Source: Actinomycetes bacterium (GTDB lineage: Bacteria; Actinomycetota; Thermoleophilia; BMS3ABIN01). Taken from it: a stretch of 64,000 nucleotides of DNA. Location of the stretch: NCBI GenBank assembly GCA_021790115.1, contig JAJYIM010000001.1, positions 23,543 through 87,542 of the forward strand, in the 5' to 3' direction. Under the pieces are notes generated by a model. The model was given only the letters and a program-made list of their open reading frames with translations. It was not told the origin of the DNA and did no database searches. The position numbers and the translations under genes were made by a program. Positions 29,875 through 38,929 of this stretch are shown piece by piece (the first letter of the stretch is position 1; each line of letters begins with the position of its first letter).

Positions 29875-31455
29875 TTAAGCCGTTGCCGGTCCGGCTTCGG
29901 CTGCTGCGGCCGCCGGCACATTCAGATCCTCATGGTCGGGCTGGAAGTCTTTCAGGGCTGACTCCAAGGCGGCGCGCAGCTTGGCGTCGGTATCATCAGA
30001 GATGTCCTTTTCATCCCTGATGGCGGTCAGGATCTCCGCATGCTGGCTGCGCAGCCTGGCAATCAGCATCTCGTTGAAGTCGGGCACGCGGTCGACATCG
30101 ATGCTGTCGAGATAACCCTGCGTGGCCGCGAAAATCACCGCCACCTGTTCCTCGACCGGCACCGGAGCGTACTGGCCCTGGTTGAGCGCCACGACCATGC
30201 GTTCGCCGCGAGCGAGCTGAGCCTGTGTCGCAGCATCCAGCTCCGAGCCGAACTGGGCGAAAGCCTTCAGCTCGTTGTACTGGGCCAGGTCGAGCCGGAG
30301 CTTGCCGGCGACCTTCTTCATCGCCTTAATCTGGGCATCACCGCCGACGCGGCTTACCGAGATGCCGACATTGATGGCCGGCCGCACGCCGGAATAGAAC
30401 AGATCGGGCTCGAGGAAGATCTGGCCGTCGGTGATCGAGATGATGTTGGTCGGGATGTACGCCGACACGTCACCGGCCTGCGTCTCAACGACCGGCAGCG
30501 ACGTGATTGAGCCGCCGCCGAGTTCGTCCGACAGCTTCACGCCGCGCTCCAGCAACCGTGAATGCAGGTAGAAGACGTCGCCGGGATAGGCTTCGCGCCC
30601 TGGCGGCCTCCTCAGCAGTAGCGACATCTGGCGATAAGCGTCGGCGTGCTTGGTCAGGTCGTCGTAGACGCACATGGCTTCGCCGCCCTTGTAACAGAAA
30701 TATTCAGCCATGGCGGTGCCCACGTATGGCGCCATAAACTTTAGCGGCGCCCGTTCCGAGGCCGAAGCCATCACAACGATGGTGTAGTCCATGGCGCCTT
30801 TCTCTTCCAGTTTGGCGACGACGCTGGCAACGTTTGATGCCTTCTGGCCGATGGCCACGTAAATGCAGATAACACCCTGGCCCTTCTGATTGATGATCGC
30901 GTCGATGGCGATGGCGGTCTTGCCCGTGCGGCGGTCGCCGATGATCAGTTCGCGCTGGCCGCGGCCGATGGGGATCATCGAGTCGATCGATTTGATACCC
31001 GTCTGCAGCGGCGTACTCACGTGCTGCCGGGCGATGACGCCTGGGGCCTTGAACTCGACCGGCCGGTACTCGGCGGCCTCGATCGGGCCCTTGTCGTCGA
31101 TGGGACGCCCGAGGGCGTTGACCACACGGCCGACCAGTGCTTCTCCGACCGGCACGCTCATGACGCGGCCCGTGCGCTTGACGATGTCGCCCTCGGCGAT
31201 GAGTGTGTCCTCGCCCATCAGCACGACGCCGACGTTATCCTCTTCCAGGTTCAGCGCCAGACCCACGACGTCGTGGGGAAACTCCAGCATCTCCGAGGCC
31301 ATTGCCTTCTCCAGGCCGTGGACGCGGGCGATACCGTCGCCGACCTCGAGAACGCGGCCGACCTCTTCCACTTCGACCTCGGCCTCGTAGTTCTCAATCT
31401 GGCTCTTGAGAACCGCGGTAATTTCTTCAGGGCGCAGTTTCAAAGCTATCCTCAC
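29875..31455 (-). CDS. atpA: F0F1 ATP synthase subunit alpha
   Basis: GDRRTGKT (P-loop). 526 aa with a C-terminal acidic extension. Confidence 0.95.
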   Translation of the reverse strand: MRIALKLRPEEITAVLKSQIENYEAEVEVEEVGRVLEVGDGIARVHGLEKAMASEMLEFPHDVVGLALNLEEDNVGVVLMGEDTLIAEGDIVKRTGRVMSVPVGEALVGRVVNALGRPIDDKGPIEAAEYRPVEFKAPGVIARQHVSTPLQTGIKSIDSMIPIGRGQRELIIGDRRTGKTAIAIDAIINQKGQGVICIYVAIGQKASNVASVVAKLEEKGAMDYTIVVMASASERAPLKFMAPYVGTAMAEYFCYKGGEAMCVYDDLTKHADAYRQMSLLLRRPPGREAYPGDVFYLHSRLLERGVKLSDELGGGSITSLPVVETQAGDVSAYIPTNIISITDGQIFLEPDLFYSGVRPAINVGISVSRVGGDAQIKAMKKVAGKLRLDLAQYNELKAFAQFGSELDAATQAQLARGERMVVALNQGQYAPVPVEEQVAVIFAATQGYLDSIDVDRVPDFNEMLIARLRSQHAEILTAIRDEKDISDDTDAKLRAALESALKDFQPDHEDLNVPAAAAAEAGPATA

Positions 31456-31503
31456 TCTCCTGTTTGTCCGGGGACATAATTGAAAATGTCCCCCGAAAAA
31501 TAA

Positions 31504-32040
31504 TTACGCCTGCACGAGCCTGGCGCGCAGCTGCGCGAGCTTCGCCTTCAGGCTTCCGTCCACAATCACGTCGCCGATCCTGAGGATCAGCCCGCCGACG
31601 ATGTCCTTGCTGACAGTCGCATTCATCTCAATCTTTTTGCGGGTTGCTTCCTCAATCCGGCGTCTTATCTTTGCCCGGGTCTCCTCCGGCAGCTCCACGG
31701 CCGAGACAATCTCGACCTCTACCACCTTGTTCGCCTCCCGGAGCAGGCGGGCAAACCCCTCCTGGACATCCGGGATTAAATCGGCGTGGCGTTTGTCAAT
31801 CAGCAGGTTGAGCCCGTTGACAAAGATCCGGTCTCCGCCCTCCGTCAGCTCCGCCACGATCTGCTTTTTCTTCAGCGAGCTGATCTTGGGATTATAAAGC
31901 ACCGCCGTCAGGTCGCGGGACCCTCGCATGGCGTCAACAAAAGCGGCCAGGTCGGCGCCGGTGGCGCCGAGCGTGCCGGCATCTTCCGCGGCTGCGAAGA
32001 GGGCCCGGGCGTAAACGTTTGCTATCCGCGAGTCGGCCAA
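31504..32040 (-). CDS. atpH: F0F1 ATP synthase subunit delta
   Basis: MADSRIANVYARALFAAAEDAG... 178 aa, OSCP family. Confidence 0.85.
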   Translation of the reverse strand: MADSRIANVYARALFAAAEDAGTLGATGADLAAFVDAMRGSRDLTAVLYNPKISSLKKKQIVAELTEGGDRIFVNGLNLLIDKRHADLIPDVQEGFARLLREANKVVEVEIVSAVELPEETRAKIRRRIEEATRKKIEMNATVSKDIVGGLILRIGDVIVDGSLKAKLAQLRARLVQA

Positions 32041-32043
32041 GCC

Positions 32044-32565
32044 TTACTTCCCTCCCGCGCCCAACTGGTCGAAATCTACCTCCGCCATCGCCTCATCAAC
32101 AAGGCGAAGATGATCTTCCTTCGTGATCACCTTGCCCGCAACCTTGCCTGCCGCCAGGATGGTCAGATCCGCCACCTGGTCCTTGATTTCCTGGACCGCT
32201 TTGCGGGTCTCGCGCTGGATTTGCTCGCGGGCGCTCTCGACTTCCTTATGCGCGTGGGCTTTTGCCTCGCCGACAATCTCGGCCTTTTGATCATCGCCCA
32301 CCTTGCGGGCGCGGTCGAGAATCTCCTCGGCCTCGTTTTTGGCGTCGGTGATGCTCTGGCGGTATTCGCTCAGCAGCCGGTCGGCCTCATGCCTGGTTTC
32401 CTCTGCCGCCTTGATGCTGGTCTCAATCGCGTTGCGGCGCTCGTCGATGATCTTTTGCAGCGGGCCGAAGGCATACCTCTTCAGAACGTAGAGCAGGACC
32501 CCGAAAGTGATCAGGGTGTATATCATTAGTCCAGGTTGTATAGTCAGCATTGTGCTTGTGGGCAC
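32044..32565 (-). CDS. atpF: F0F1 ATP synthase subunit b
   Basis: N-terminal TM helix, then a long charged coiled-coil (ERRNAIETSIKAAEETRHEADRLL...). Confidence 0.85.
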   Translation of the reverse strand: MPTSTMLTIQPGLMIYTLITFGVLLYVLKRYAFGPLQKIIDERRNAIETSIKAAEETRHEADRLLSEYRQSITDAKNEAEEILDRARKVGDDQKAEIVGEAKAHAHKEVESAREQIQRETRKAVQEIKDQVADLTILAAGKVAGKVITKEDHLRLVDEAMAEVDFDQLGAGGK

Positions 32566-32617
32566 CTCCTAACCGTCAGGGACGGGCGCGCCACTGCGGG
32601 CGCGCCACCGAAAAACT

Positions 32618-32940
<323 letters not shown>

Positions 32941-33768
32941 CTAATGTTCCTGGTGGATTGCTCCACCGATGTAAACCGCCGACAGAATGGCGAAAATGTA
33001 AGCCTGGATCAGGGCTACGAAAATCTCAAAGGCGCTGACCATGAGCACGCCGGCCTCCAGCGGCAATATCAGCACGGCGATGGCGTAGCTCTGGATCATC
33101 AGGATCATGGCGTAAAAAACAAGCAAAACCAGGTGCCCGGCCGCCAGGTTGGCAAAAAGCCGGACTGACAATGAAACCAGGCGGAATACCTCGCTGATTC
33201 CGTGCAGGAAAAAAAGCACCTGCTTCAGCACCGGCGGCGCCGTTGACGGCATCCAGCCCTTAAAGTAGCCGACGATCCCGTTGGCCCGCATGCCGGAAGC
33301 GTGCGTCGCCACAAAAGTAATCCCCGCCAGCGCTATGGTCACATTAATGTTGGCCGTCGCGGCGTAAGTCTTGAACTCAGGGATGTTATGAAAACCGGGC
33401 GCCAGGTTAAACGGCAGCGGGACGAGCCCGATGATATTACTGATCAGGATGAAAAGAAACAGGCTGGCAATGTACGGGAACCAGGCCGCCGCGGCGCCGC
33501 CGGGCATGACCGCGCCCACGAGCACGTCCCGCACATATTCATACAGCCCCTCGAATGCGGTCTGTTTACGGTTCGGGAGCACGCGGGCAGCCTTTGAGAT
33601 GCCGATACAGATCAGCGCCGTCAGCGCCGCCCCAATGAACAGGTAAAGGACCACTTTGTTGATTGACATATCGACCGGGCCGAGGTGAAACTCGAGGTGA
33701 TGGCCGCCGATATCAACCGGCTTCAGCGCATCGGTAAATTCATCAGCCGGATTAAGCTGCGCGCTCAC
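32941..33768 (-). CDS. atpB: F0F1 ATP synthase subunit a
   Basis: 275 aa, polytopic, with the conserved Arg region (...LSVRLFANLAAGHLVL...). Confidence 0.9.
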   Translation of the reverse strand: MSAQLNPADEFTDALKPVDIGGHHLEFHLGPVDMSINKVVLYLFIGAALTALICIGISKAARVLPNRKQTAFEGLYEYVRDVLVGAVMPGGAAAAWFPYIASLFLFILISNIIGLVPLPFNLAPGFHNIPEFKTYAATANINVTIALAGITFVATHASGMRANGIVGYFKGWMPSTAPPVLKQVLFFLHGISEVFRLVSLSVRLFANLAAGHLVLLVFYAMILMIQSYAIAVLILPLEAGVLMVSAFEIFVALIQAYIFAILSAVYIGGAIHQEH

Positions 33769-34138
33769 GCTTCACCTCCCGCTTAAAACCCGTCCGCCCC
33801 CTTAGGCCGACGAAAATCTCCAGCCCAAGAAACGCAGTATAAGCAACGAGGAAGCAAATGGCCGTGGACACGAAATATTGCGGCAGCGCCAGCGCCACCA
33901 GCAGCAGGCCCAGGCCAATCAGTCCAAAACGGAGAAGAAAGCTCAGGACGGCAACCCCTGCTGCGGCGCCGGCACTGACCCGGCCTATCAGGGGCATGAA
34001 CGGCAACGACAGGCCGTAATTGACAGCGAAGATTGCCGCAGCCAGCGCCCAGGGCGCAAACAGCGGCCGGACCACCAGCCCCAGCAGCAGGCCAACCGCA
34101 ATCACCGCCGTCATCATCGTTGCCAATTTTCCTACCAT
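33752..34138 (-). CDS. atpI: ATP synthase protein I-like small membrane protein
   Basis: 128 aa with 4 TM helices. Sits directly upstream of, and overlaps, atpB. Confidence 0.55.
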   Translation of the reverse strand: MVGKLATMMTAVIAVGLLLGLVVRPLFAPWALAAAIFAVNYGLSLPFMPLIGRVSAGAAAGVAVLSFLLRFGLIGLGLLLVALALPQYFVSTAICFLVAYTAFLGLEIFVGLRGRTGFKREVKRERAA

Positions 34139-34283
34139 ATATCAATGATCCTTTTTCATGGCTTTCAAACAGTGTAAATCATAACGCGGGGTTGACTTGC
34201 GCGCGGCCGGTATGGCAACTGCGGCGTTGGCCCCCCGGCGCTGGCTGCCGCCGGTAAAACAACCGGGCCGGGCCGGCGCGGCG

Positions 34284-34496
34284 TTAAAAAACTGTCTTGT
34301 AAATCCCGTAAAGGCCGGCGGCAAATCCGCCAAAGACACCCAGGATTAAAAAAAGCGGCGTGGTGCTCAAAAGATAGTCCAGCCCCAGTCCGCCAATGGC
34401 GCCTAACAGAACCCCTCCCAGCAGGTAGAATGCAATCCATTCCCAGCTGGCAGAGCTGGCCCGGCGACCATTTGGTTTCGCCTTTCTAAGAGGCAA
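34284..34496 (-). CDS. AtpZ/AtpI-family putative F0F1-ATPase-associated small membrane protein (70 aa)
   Basis: MPLRKAKPNGRR... then two TM helices. Sits at the head of the atp operon. Confidence 0.45.
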   Translation of the reverse strand: MPLRKAKPNGRRASSASWEWIAFYLLGGVLLGAIGGLGLDYLLSTTPLFLILGVFGGFAAGLYGIYKTVF

Positions 34497-34562
34497 ATAA
34501 AAAACCGCGTCAGTATACCATGACAGGTAAATCGCTACAAGAGTAACAATCGGAAAATAATA

Positions 34563-35630
34563 TCACCTCGGGCGGGGGCTGCGTCTAGTCCTGATTTTTA
34601 ATATTTCCAATAAGTAAACCAGATAGACACTCACGCCTATGGCCACGCCTGCTAATATCACCGTCACGAAACCGGGTGCGAACCGCATCGAAAGCGCCAG
34701 CGAGCTCATCAGCGTGCACCAGGCGTAGAGGATCAGAACCGCCTTGCGCTGCGTGAAGCCGATGTTGAAAAGCCGGTGGTGCAGGTGGCCCCGGTCCGGC
34801 TTAAAGATCGAGCGCTTGTTCTTGACGCGCCTGAGGATGGCGAACGAGAGGTCAAAAATGGGCACACCCAGGATCAGCAGCGGTATGATCAAGGTGACGG
34901 CGGCAATGCTCTTGAGCACGCCGTGCACCGTGACTGCCGCCAGGAGAAATCCAAGCAGCATCGAGCCCGAATCACCCATAAAGATTTTTGCCGGGAAAAA
35001 GTTATGCCGCAGAAACCCGAGCGTCGTGCCCGCCAGAATCGCGGCCAGGATGCCGGCTCCCGGCCTGCCCATGGAGATGGCGATAACGGCAAATGTGCCG
35101 GCGGCAATGCTGCAGACGCCGGCCGCCAGGCCGTCCATGCCGTCAATGAAGTTGACAATGTTGACCAGGGTGACCACCCAGATTAACGTCAGCAGGATTG
35201 CCAAAGATGAACCAAGGTTGATAAAGCCGACAAGAGGCAGCGTGATGTAATCGATGCGGATGCCGTAACCAACCAGGAAAGCCGCCGCCAGAAACTGCCC
35301 CGCAAATTTCACCATCGGGCCGGTCGGCTTGAAATCATCGACGGCGCCAAAGAGGGTAATGATGGACGCGCCCAGCAGCACGCCTTTCATTTGCGCGGTC
35401 AACTCCAAAAACCAGAGCGCCGGAATGATAAAGCCGAAGAATATTGCCAGCCCGCCCAGGCGGGGCACGGGGTCCTCATGGATCTTGCGGTAATCAGGCT
35501 CGTCCATGGCGCCGACGAAGCGGGCGATGGAGCCAACCGTGGGCGTAACGATAAAAACAATGGCGGCGGCGACCACGAACGCCATCAGGGCAATCCTGGT
35601 TCCTCCCAGGGGATTCTGGATAAAGTCCAT
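34563..35630 (-). CDS. glycosyltransferase family 4, UDP-GlcNAc:undecaprenyl-phosphate GlcNAc-1-phosphate transferase (WecA/TagO-like)
   Basis: MraY/WecA polyprenyl-phosphate transferase family. NIVNFIDGMDGLAAG (DDxxD-like) and multiple TM helices. 355 aa. Confidence 0.8.
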   Translation of the reverse strand: MDFIQNPLGGTRIALMAFVVAAAIVFIVTPTVGSIARFVGAMDEPDYRKIHEDPVPRLGGLAIFFGFIIPALWFLELTAQMKGVLLGASIITLFGAVDDFKPTGPMVKFAGQFLAAAFLVGYGIRIDYITLPLVGFINLGSSLAILLTLIWVVTLVNIVNFIDGMDGLAAGVCSIAAGTFAVIAISMGRPGAGILAAILAGTTLGFLRHNFFPAKIFMGDSGSMLLGFLLAAVTVHGVLKSIAAVTLIIPLLILGVPIFDLSFAILRRVKNKRSIFKPDRGHLHHRLFNIGFTQRKAVLILYAWCTLMSSLALSMRFAPGFVTVILAGVAIGVSVYLVYLLEILKIRTRRSPRPR

Positions 35631-36134
35631 CTAACCGCCCATTCGGTGCAGTTTGACGCCTGCCTCGGCAAAGAACGACGCCGCCAGCTCGTCGGGATAC
35701 CCCTCGTTAAAATAAACTTCCACGATGCCGGCATTGATAATCATCTTGGCGCACAGGGAGCAGGGCTGGTGCGTGCAATAAAGAGCGGCGCCCTCGATCT
35801 TGACGCCATGCAGGGCCGCCTGCGCGATGGCGTTCTGCTCCGCGTGCAGCGCCCGGCATAGCTCGTGCCTCTCTCCCGACGGGACGCCCAGCTCCTCCCT
35901 CAGGCAGCCGGCTTCGGTGCAATGGGTGATGCCGCGGGGGGCGCCGTTATAGCCGGTCGATAATATGCGCTTGTCCTTCACCAGCACGGCCCCCACCTGA
36001 CGCCGCAAGCAGGTAGACCGGGAGGCGACCTGCCCTGCTATCTGGGAAAAGTACTCGTCCCATGATGGACGCGCTAACCGGCGGGGAAGAGGGACAGGAG
36101 AAAGGGGTTCTTTTTTCACTTTCTTTGCGTCCAT
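35631..36134 (-). CDS. deoxycytidylate (dCMP) deaminase, ComEB-like
   Basis: [14 protein letters not shown]...PCSLCAKMI are the CMP/dCMP deaminase zinc-binding motifs H(A)E ... PCxxC. 167 aa. Confidence 0.8.
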   Translation of the reverse strand: MDAKKVKKEPLSPVPLPRRLARPSWDEYFSQIAGQVASRSTCLRRQVGAVLVKDKRILSTGYNGAPRGITHCTEAGCLREELGVPSGERHELCRALHAEQNAIAQAALHGVKIEGAALYCTHQPCSLCAKMIINAGIVEVYFNEGYPDELAASFFAEAGVKLHRMGG

Positions 36135-36299
36135 TTGCCTCTTTGCCTCAGAGCCTGCTGAGACAGGCCCTTATGGACTTTAATGCCCTAGGTTACCCAC
36201 CCCGCCTGCCATTTGCAAGCCGCCCGGCGGCCTGGGCCCGGCTTTTCCCGCATTTTGCCGGCTTTTTCTTCTTCGGGCGCCGCCGGGCTAATCCTTTGT

Positions 36300-36480
36300 A
36301 ATCTTCCCGGGAGATGGCAGGCTTCCTTTACGCGCATGCCCAGTAGATGGCAGGCTTGGTAGATGGCAGGCTTTTAGCCTGCCTTTGGGAGACTTCCTTT
36401 ACGCACAACACGCCCTCATCTGCACAGGCTAAAAGCCTGTGCCTACCGTCGTTTGAAGCGGGCTAAAGCCTGTGCCTGTG
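36300..36480. repeat. complex intergenic repeat block: 3x GATGGCAGGCTT, 2x CTTCCTTTACGC, hairpins GGCAGGCT-TTTA-GCCTGCC and CACAGGCT-AAAA-GCCTGTG
   Basis: Seen directly. Contains the same 27-mer as 17231-17257. Lies between the dCMP deaminase start and the end of the repeat-protein gene. Confidence 0.6.
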
Positions 36481-36481
36481 C

Positions 36482-38680
36482 CTAGTTTAGCACCGTCCCC
36501 AGCACCTCATTAAAGTAGCCGTTGTAAAGGACGCGCTGGGAAGCAATAACGTTGCCGCTGGCGCTTACCTCGACCGGGCCGCCCATCTTGCCGGAGAAGG
36601 TGGGAGTTGCGTTCTTTCCCGGGGCGATTGTGTAGGTGCCTATGGCAGTGCTGCCCAGCTTGATAGTTGCGGTAACTGCAAACGGGTTCGGGTTGGCGAT
36701 AAGCACCCAGTTTTGCATGCCTGGGCTTTGCTGGTCATACCAGGTCCAGTTGTAATCTGAGGTTAGCGCTGAGTAGCCGCCGTCAGTGGAGGCCGCCAGG
36801 CCCGGCACCTCTTCAAAGGAGGGGCCGAAGATCGAGCGCTGGGTGGCGATCACCTTGGCGCCCCCGTCGGTCCAGACTTCCACCGGGCCGCCCATCACGC
36901 CCGGGAAGGTGGGCGTGACATGCTGGCCGGGGCCGATCCGGTAGCTGCCGCGGAGAGCGCCGGCAATCTTGATATGGGCTGTTACCGCGCTTGCATTTGG
37001 ATTGGCGACAAGCACCCAGTCGGTGGCGCCGGCAGAGGCGTTGTCGTACCAGGTCCAGAGGTAATGGTCGGAAAGCTCCGCCGCCGGGATGCCGGGCACC
37101 TCGTTAAAGGCGGAGCCGTAATTGGAGAGGACCCGCTGGGAGGCAAGCACGTCCCCGCCGCTGGCGATAACCTCAACCGGGCCGCCCATCTTGCCGGAGA
37201 AGGTGGGAGTCACTTTTGCTCCCGGGGCGATGGGGCCGCTCCAGACAGGGACGCCGGCAATCTTGACCATGGCCGTTACCGGGCCCTGGGGATTGCCGTT
37301 ATGATCCTGGCCGGGGTTGGCCACAAGCACCCAGTTGGTCATCCCCGGGCTTTGCTGGTCGTACCAGGTCCAGTAGAAATGGCTGGAGAGCCGGCCCGCA
37401 TCGGTGCCGGGCACCTCTTCCATGGAGCTTCCCCCCTTGGGCCAGAGGCTGCGCTGGCTGAGGATGCCGCCGCCGGGCGCCCAGGTGACGGCTTTTACCG
37501 GGCCGTTCATGACCCCCGGAAAGACGGGAGTGATGGAGCGCCCCGGAGCGACAACGCCATTGTTATAGCCGGCGAGGCTCATGGCCCTGCCGCCAATGGA
37601 AAGCTGGGAGGTAACCAGGCTGCCCGGGGCCGAAGCCGGATTGGCGATCAGCACCCAGTTGCTGCCGCCGACATCATCGTACCAGGTCCAGTAAGAAGTG
37701 TTCGTGGTGGCAAGAATGGTGCCGCCATCACCCGCCACCCAGCCATGGCTCTGGTCCACGAAGCTGACGCCTTCAAATTTGTCAGCTGAGCCGCTCGTCT
37801 GGGGGCTCCAGGTAGCGCCGCCGTTTGTGGTGGCAAGAATGGTGCCGCCGCCCGTGCCGCCGCCCATCGCCACCCCGCCCCCAACTGCCCAGCCGTGGTT
37901 TTGGTCAACGAAGCTGACGCCTACAAGCGTATTGGCCGTGCCACTGGTCTGGGGACTCCAGGTAGCGCCGCCGTTTGTGGTGGCAAGAATGGCGCCGTTC
38001 GTACCCACGGCCCAGCCGTGGTTTTGGTCTGTAAAGCTAACGTCAGCAAGCCAGTTTGTCGTGCCGCTTGCCTGGGAGGTCCAGTGGGCGCCGCCGTCGG
38101 TAGTCGCAAGAATGGTGCCTCCGTAGCCCACCGCCCAGCCGTGGTTTTGGTCGAGGAAGAAGACGCGGTAAAGATCATTGGTCGTGCCGCTCGTCTGGAG
38201 GCTCCACCCGGCGCCGCCGTTGTTAGTTACAAGAATGGTGCCGTTAGCACCCACTGCCCAGCCGTGGTTTTGGTCCACGAAGCTGACGCCGTAAAGCAAA
38301 TTGGTGGTGCCGGTTGCCGCAGAGCTCCACCCGGCGCCGCCGTTGTTAGTTACAAGAATGGTGCCGTTAGCACCCACTGCCCAGCCGTGGTTTTGGTTCA
38401 GGAAAAAGACGCGGTAAAGATCATTGGTCGTGCCACTCGTCTGGGGGCTCCAGGTAGCGCCGCCGTTTGTGGTGGCAAGAATGGTGCCGCCGGGCCCCAC
38501 CGCCCAGCCGTGGTTCTGATCCACGAAGCTGATAGAATAAAGATCGCTCGTGGTGCCACTGGTCTGGGGACTCCAGGTAGCCGCCATTGACATTGAAGGA
38601 AAAACTGCCAGCGCCAGAAATGCTGCCGCCATTGCCGGTAGTAAAAACAACATCCGCGGCGTAAAGACTCTCTTCATCAC
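36482..38680 (-). CDS. secreted protein: Ycf48/BNR-like beta-propeller (7 repeats) fused to 4 copies of the ~100-aa WTWYD repeat
   Basis: Signal peptide MMKRVFTPRMLFLLPAMAAAFLALAVFPSMSMA. Seven repeats of the form ATWSPQTSGTTxDLYxVxFxDQNHGWAVGxxGTILxTxNGG (PSII stability/assembly factor-like propeller), then YWTWYD...NWVLIANP...FEEVPG repeats. The C-terminus ends NGYFNEVLGTVLN, identical to the 2222 protein. Confidence 0.7.
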   Translation of the reverse strand: MMKRVFTPRMLFLLPAMAAAFLALAVFPSMSMAATWSPQTSGTTSDLYSISFVDQNHGWAVGPGGTILATTNGGATWSPQTSGTTNDLYRVFFLNQNHGWAVGANGTILVTNNGGAGWSSAATGTTNLLYGVSFVDQNHGWAVGANGTILVTNNGGAGWSLQTSGTTNDLYRVFFLDQNHGWAVGYGGTILATTDGGAHWTSQASGTTNWLADVSFTDQNHGWAVGTNGAILATTNGGATWSPQTSGTANTLVGVSFVDQNHGWAVGGGVAMGGGTGGGTILATTNGGATWSPQTSGSADKFEGVSFVDQSHGWVAGDGGTILATTNTSYWTWYDDVGGSNWVLIANPASAPGSLVTSQLSIGGRAMSLAGYNNGVVAPGRSITPVFPGVMNGPVKAVTWAPGGGILSQRSLWPKGGSSMEEVPGTDAGRLSSHFYWTWYDQQSPGMTNWVLVANPGQDHNGNPQGPVTAMVKIAGVPVWSGPIAPGAKVTPTFSGKMGGPVEVIASGGDVLASQRVLSNYGSAFNEVPGIPAAELSDHYLWTWYDNASAGATDWVLVANPNASAVTAHIKIAGALRGSYRIGPGQHVTPTFPGVMGGPVEVWTDGGAKVIATQRSIFGPSFEEVPGLAASTDGGYSALTSDYNWTWYDQQSPGMQNWVLIANPNPFAVTATIKLGSTAIGTYTIAPGKNATPTFSGKMGGPVEVSASGNVIASQRVLYNGYFNEVLGTVLN

Positions 38681-38857
38681 CTGCTCCTAAAGGTTTGGAT
38701 TGACTTGCCCTTGATCCCGCCACTGCCTTTAAACCACGGGGCAGCAAAACCGACATGGCAGCGGCATAACTTCCAGTCCACTAAAAGTAGCTGCGCCTGC
38801 CCTCCAAGTCAAGTTAGACTGGGGTTAAAGAATGTTGGCAAATATTGAGATTACCCT

Positions 38858-38899
38858 GCGGGGGGGAGATAATTTCTGCAGAAATTATCTCCCCCCCGC
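38858..38899. repeat. 42-nt perfect palindrome GCGGGGGGGAGATAATTTCTG|CAGAAATTATCTCCCCCCCGC
   Basis: Seen directly; a 21-bp perfect stem centred on CTGCAG. Lies 3' of the 38930..40648 gene and 5' of the 36482..38680 gene. Confidence 0.7.
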
Positions 38900-38929
38900 A
38901 CAATTTCCGAAATTCCCGAAACTACTGCT

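Noticed and set aside
34142-34440. 65-91-aa minus-strand ORFs between atpI and the AtpZ-like gene.
   Set aside because: Arg/Pro-rich with no start context. The region is better explained as the atp operon promoter/leader.
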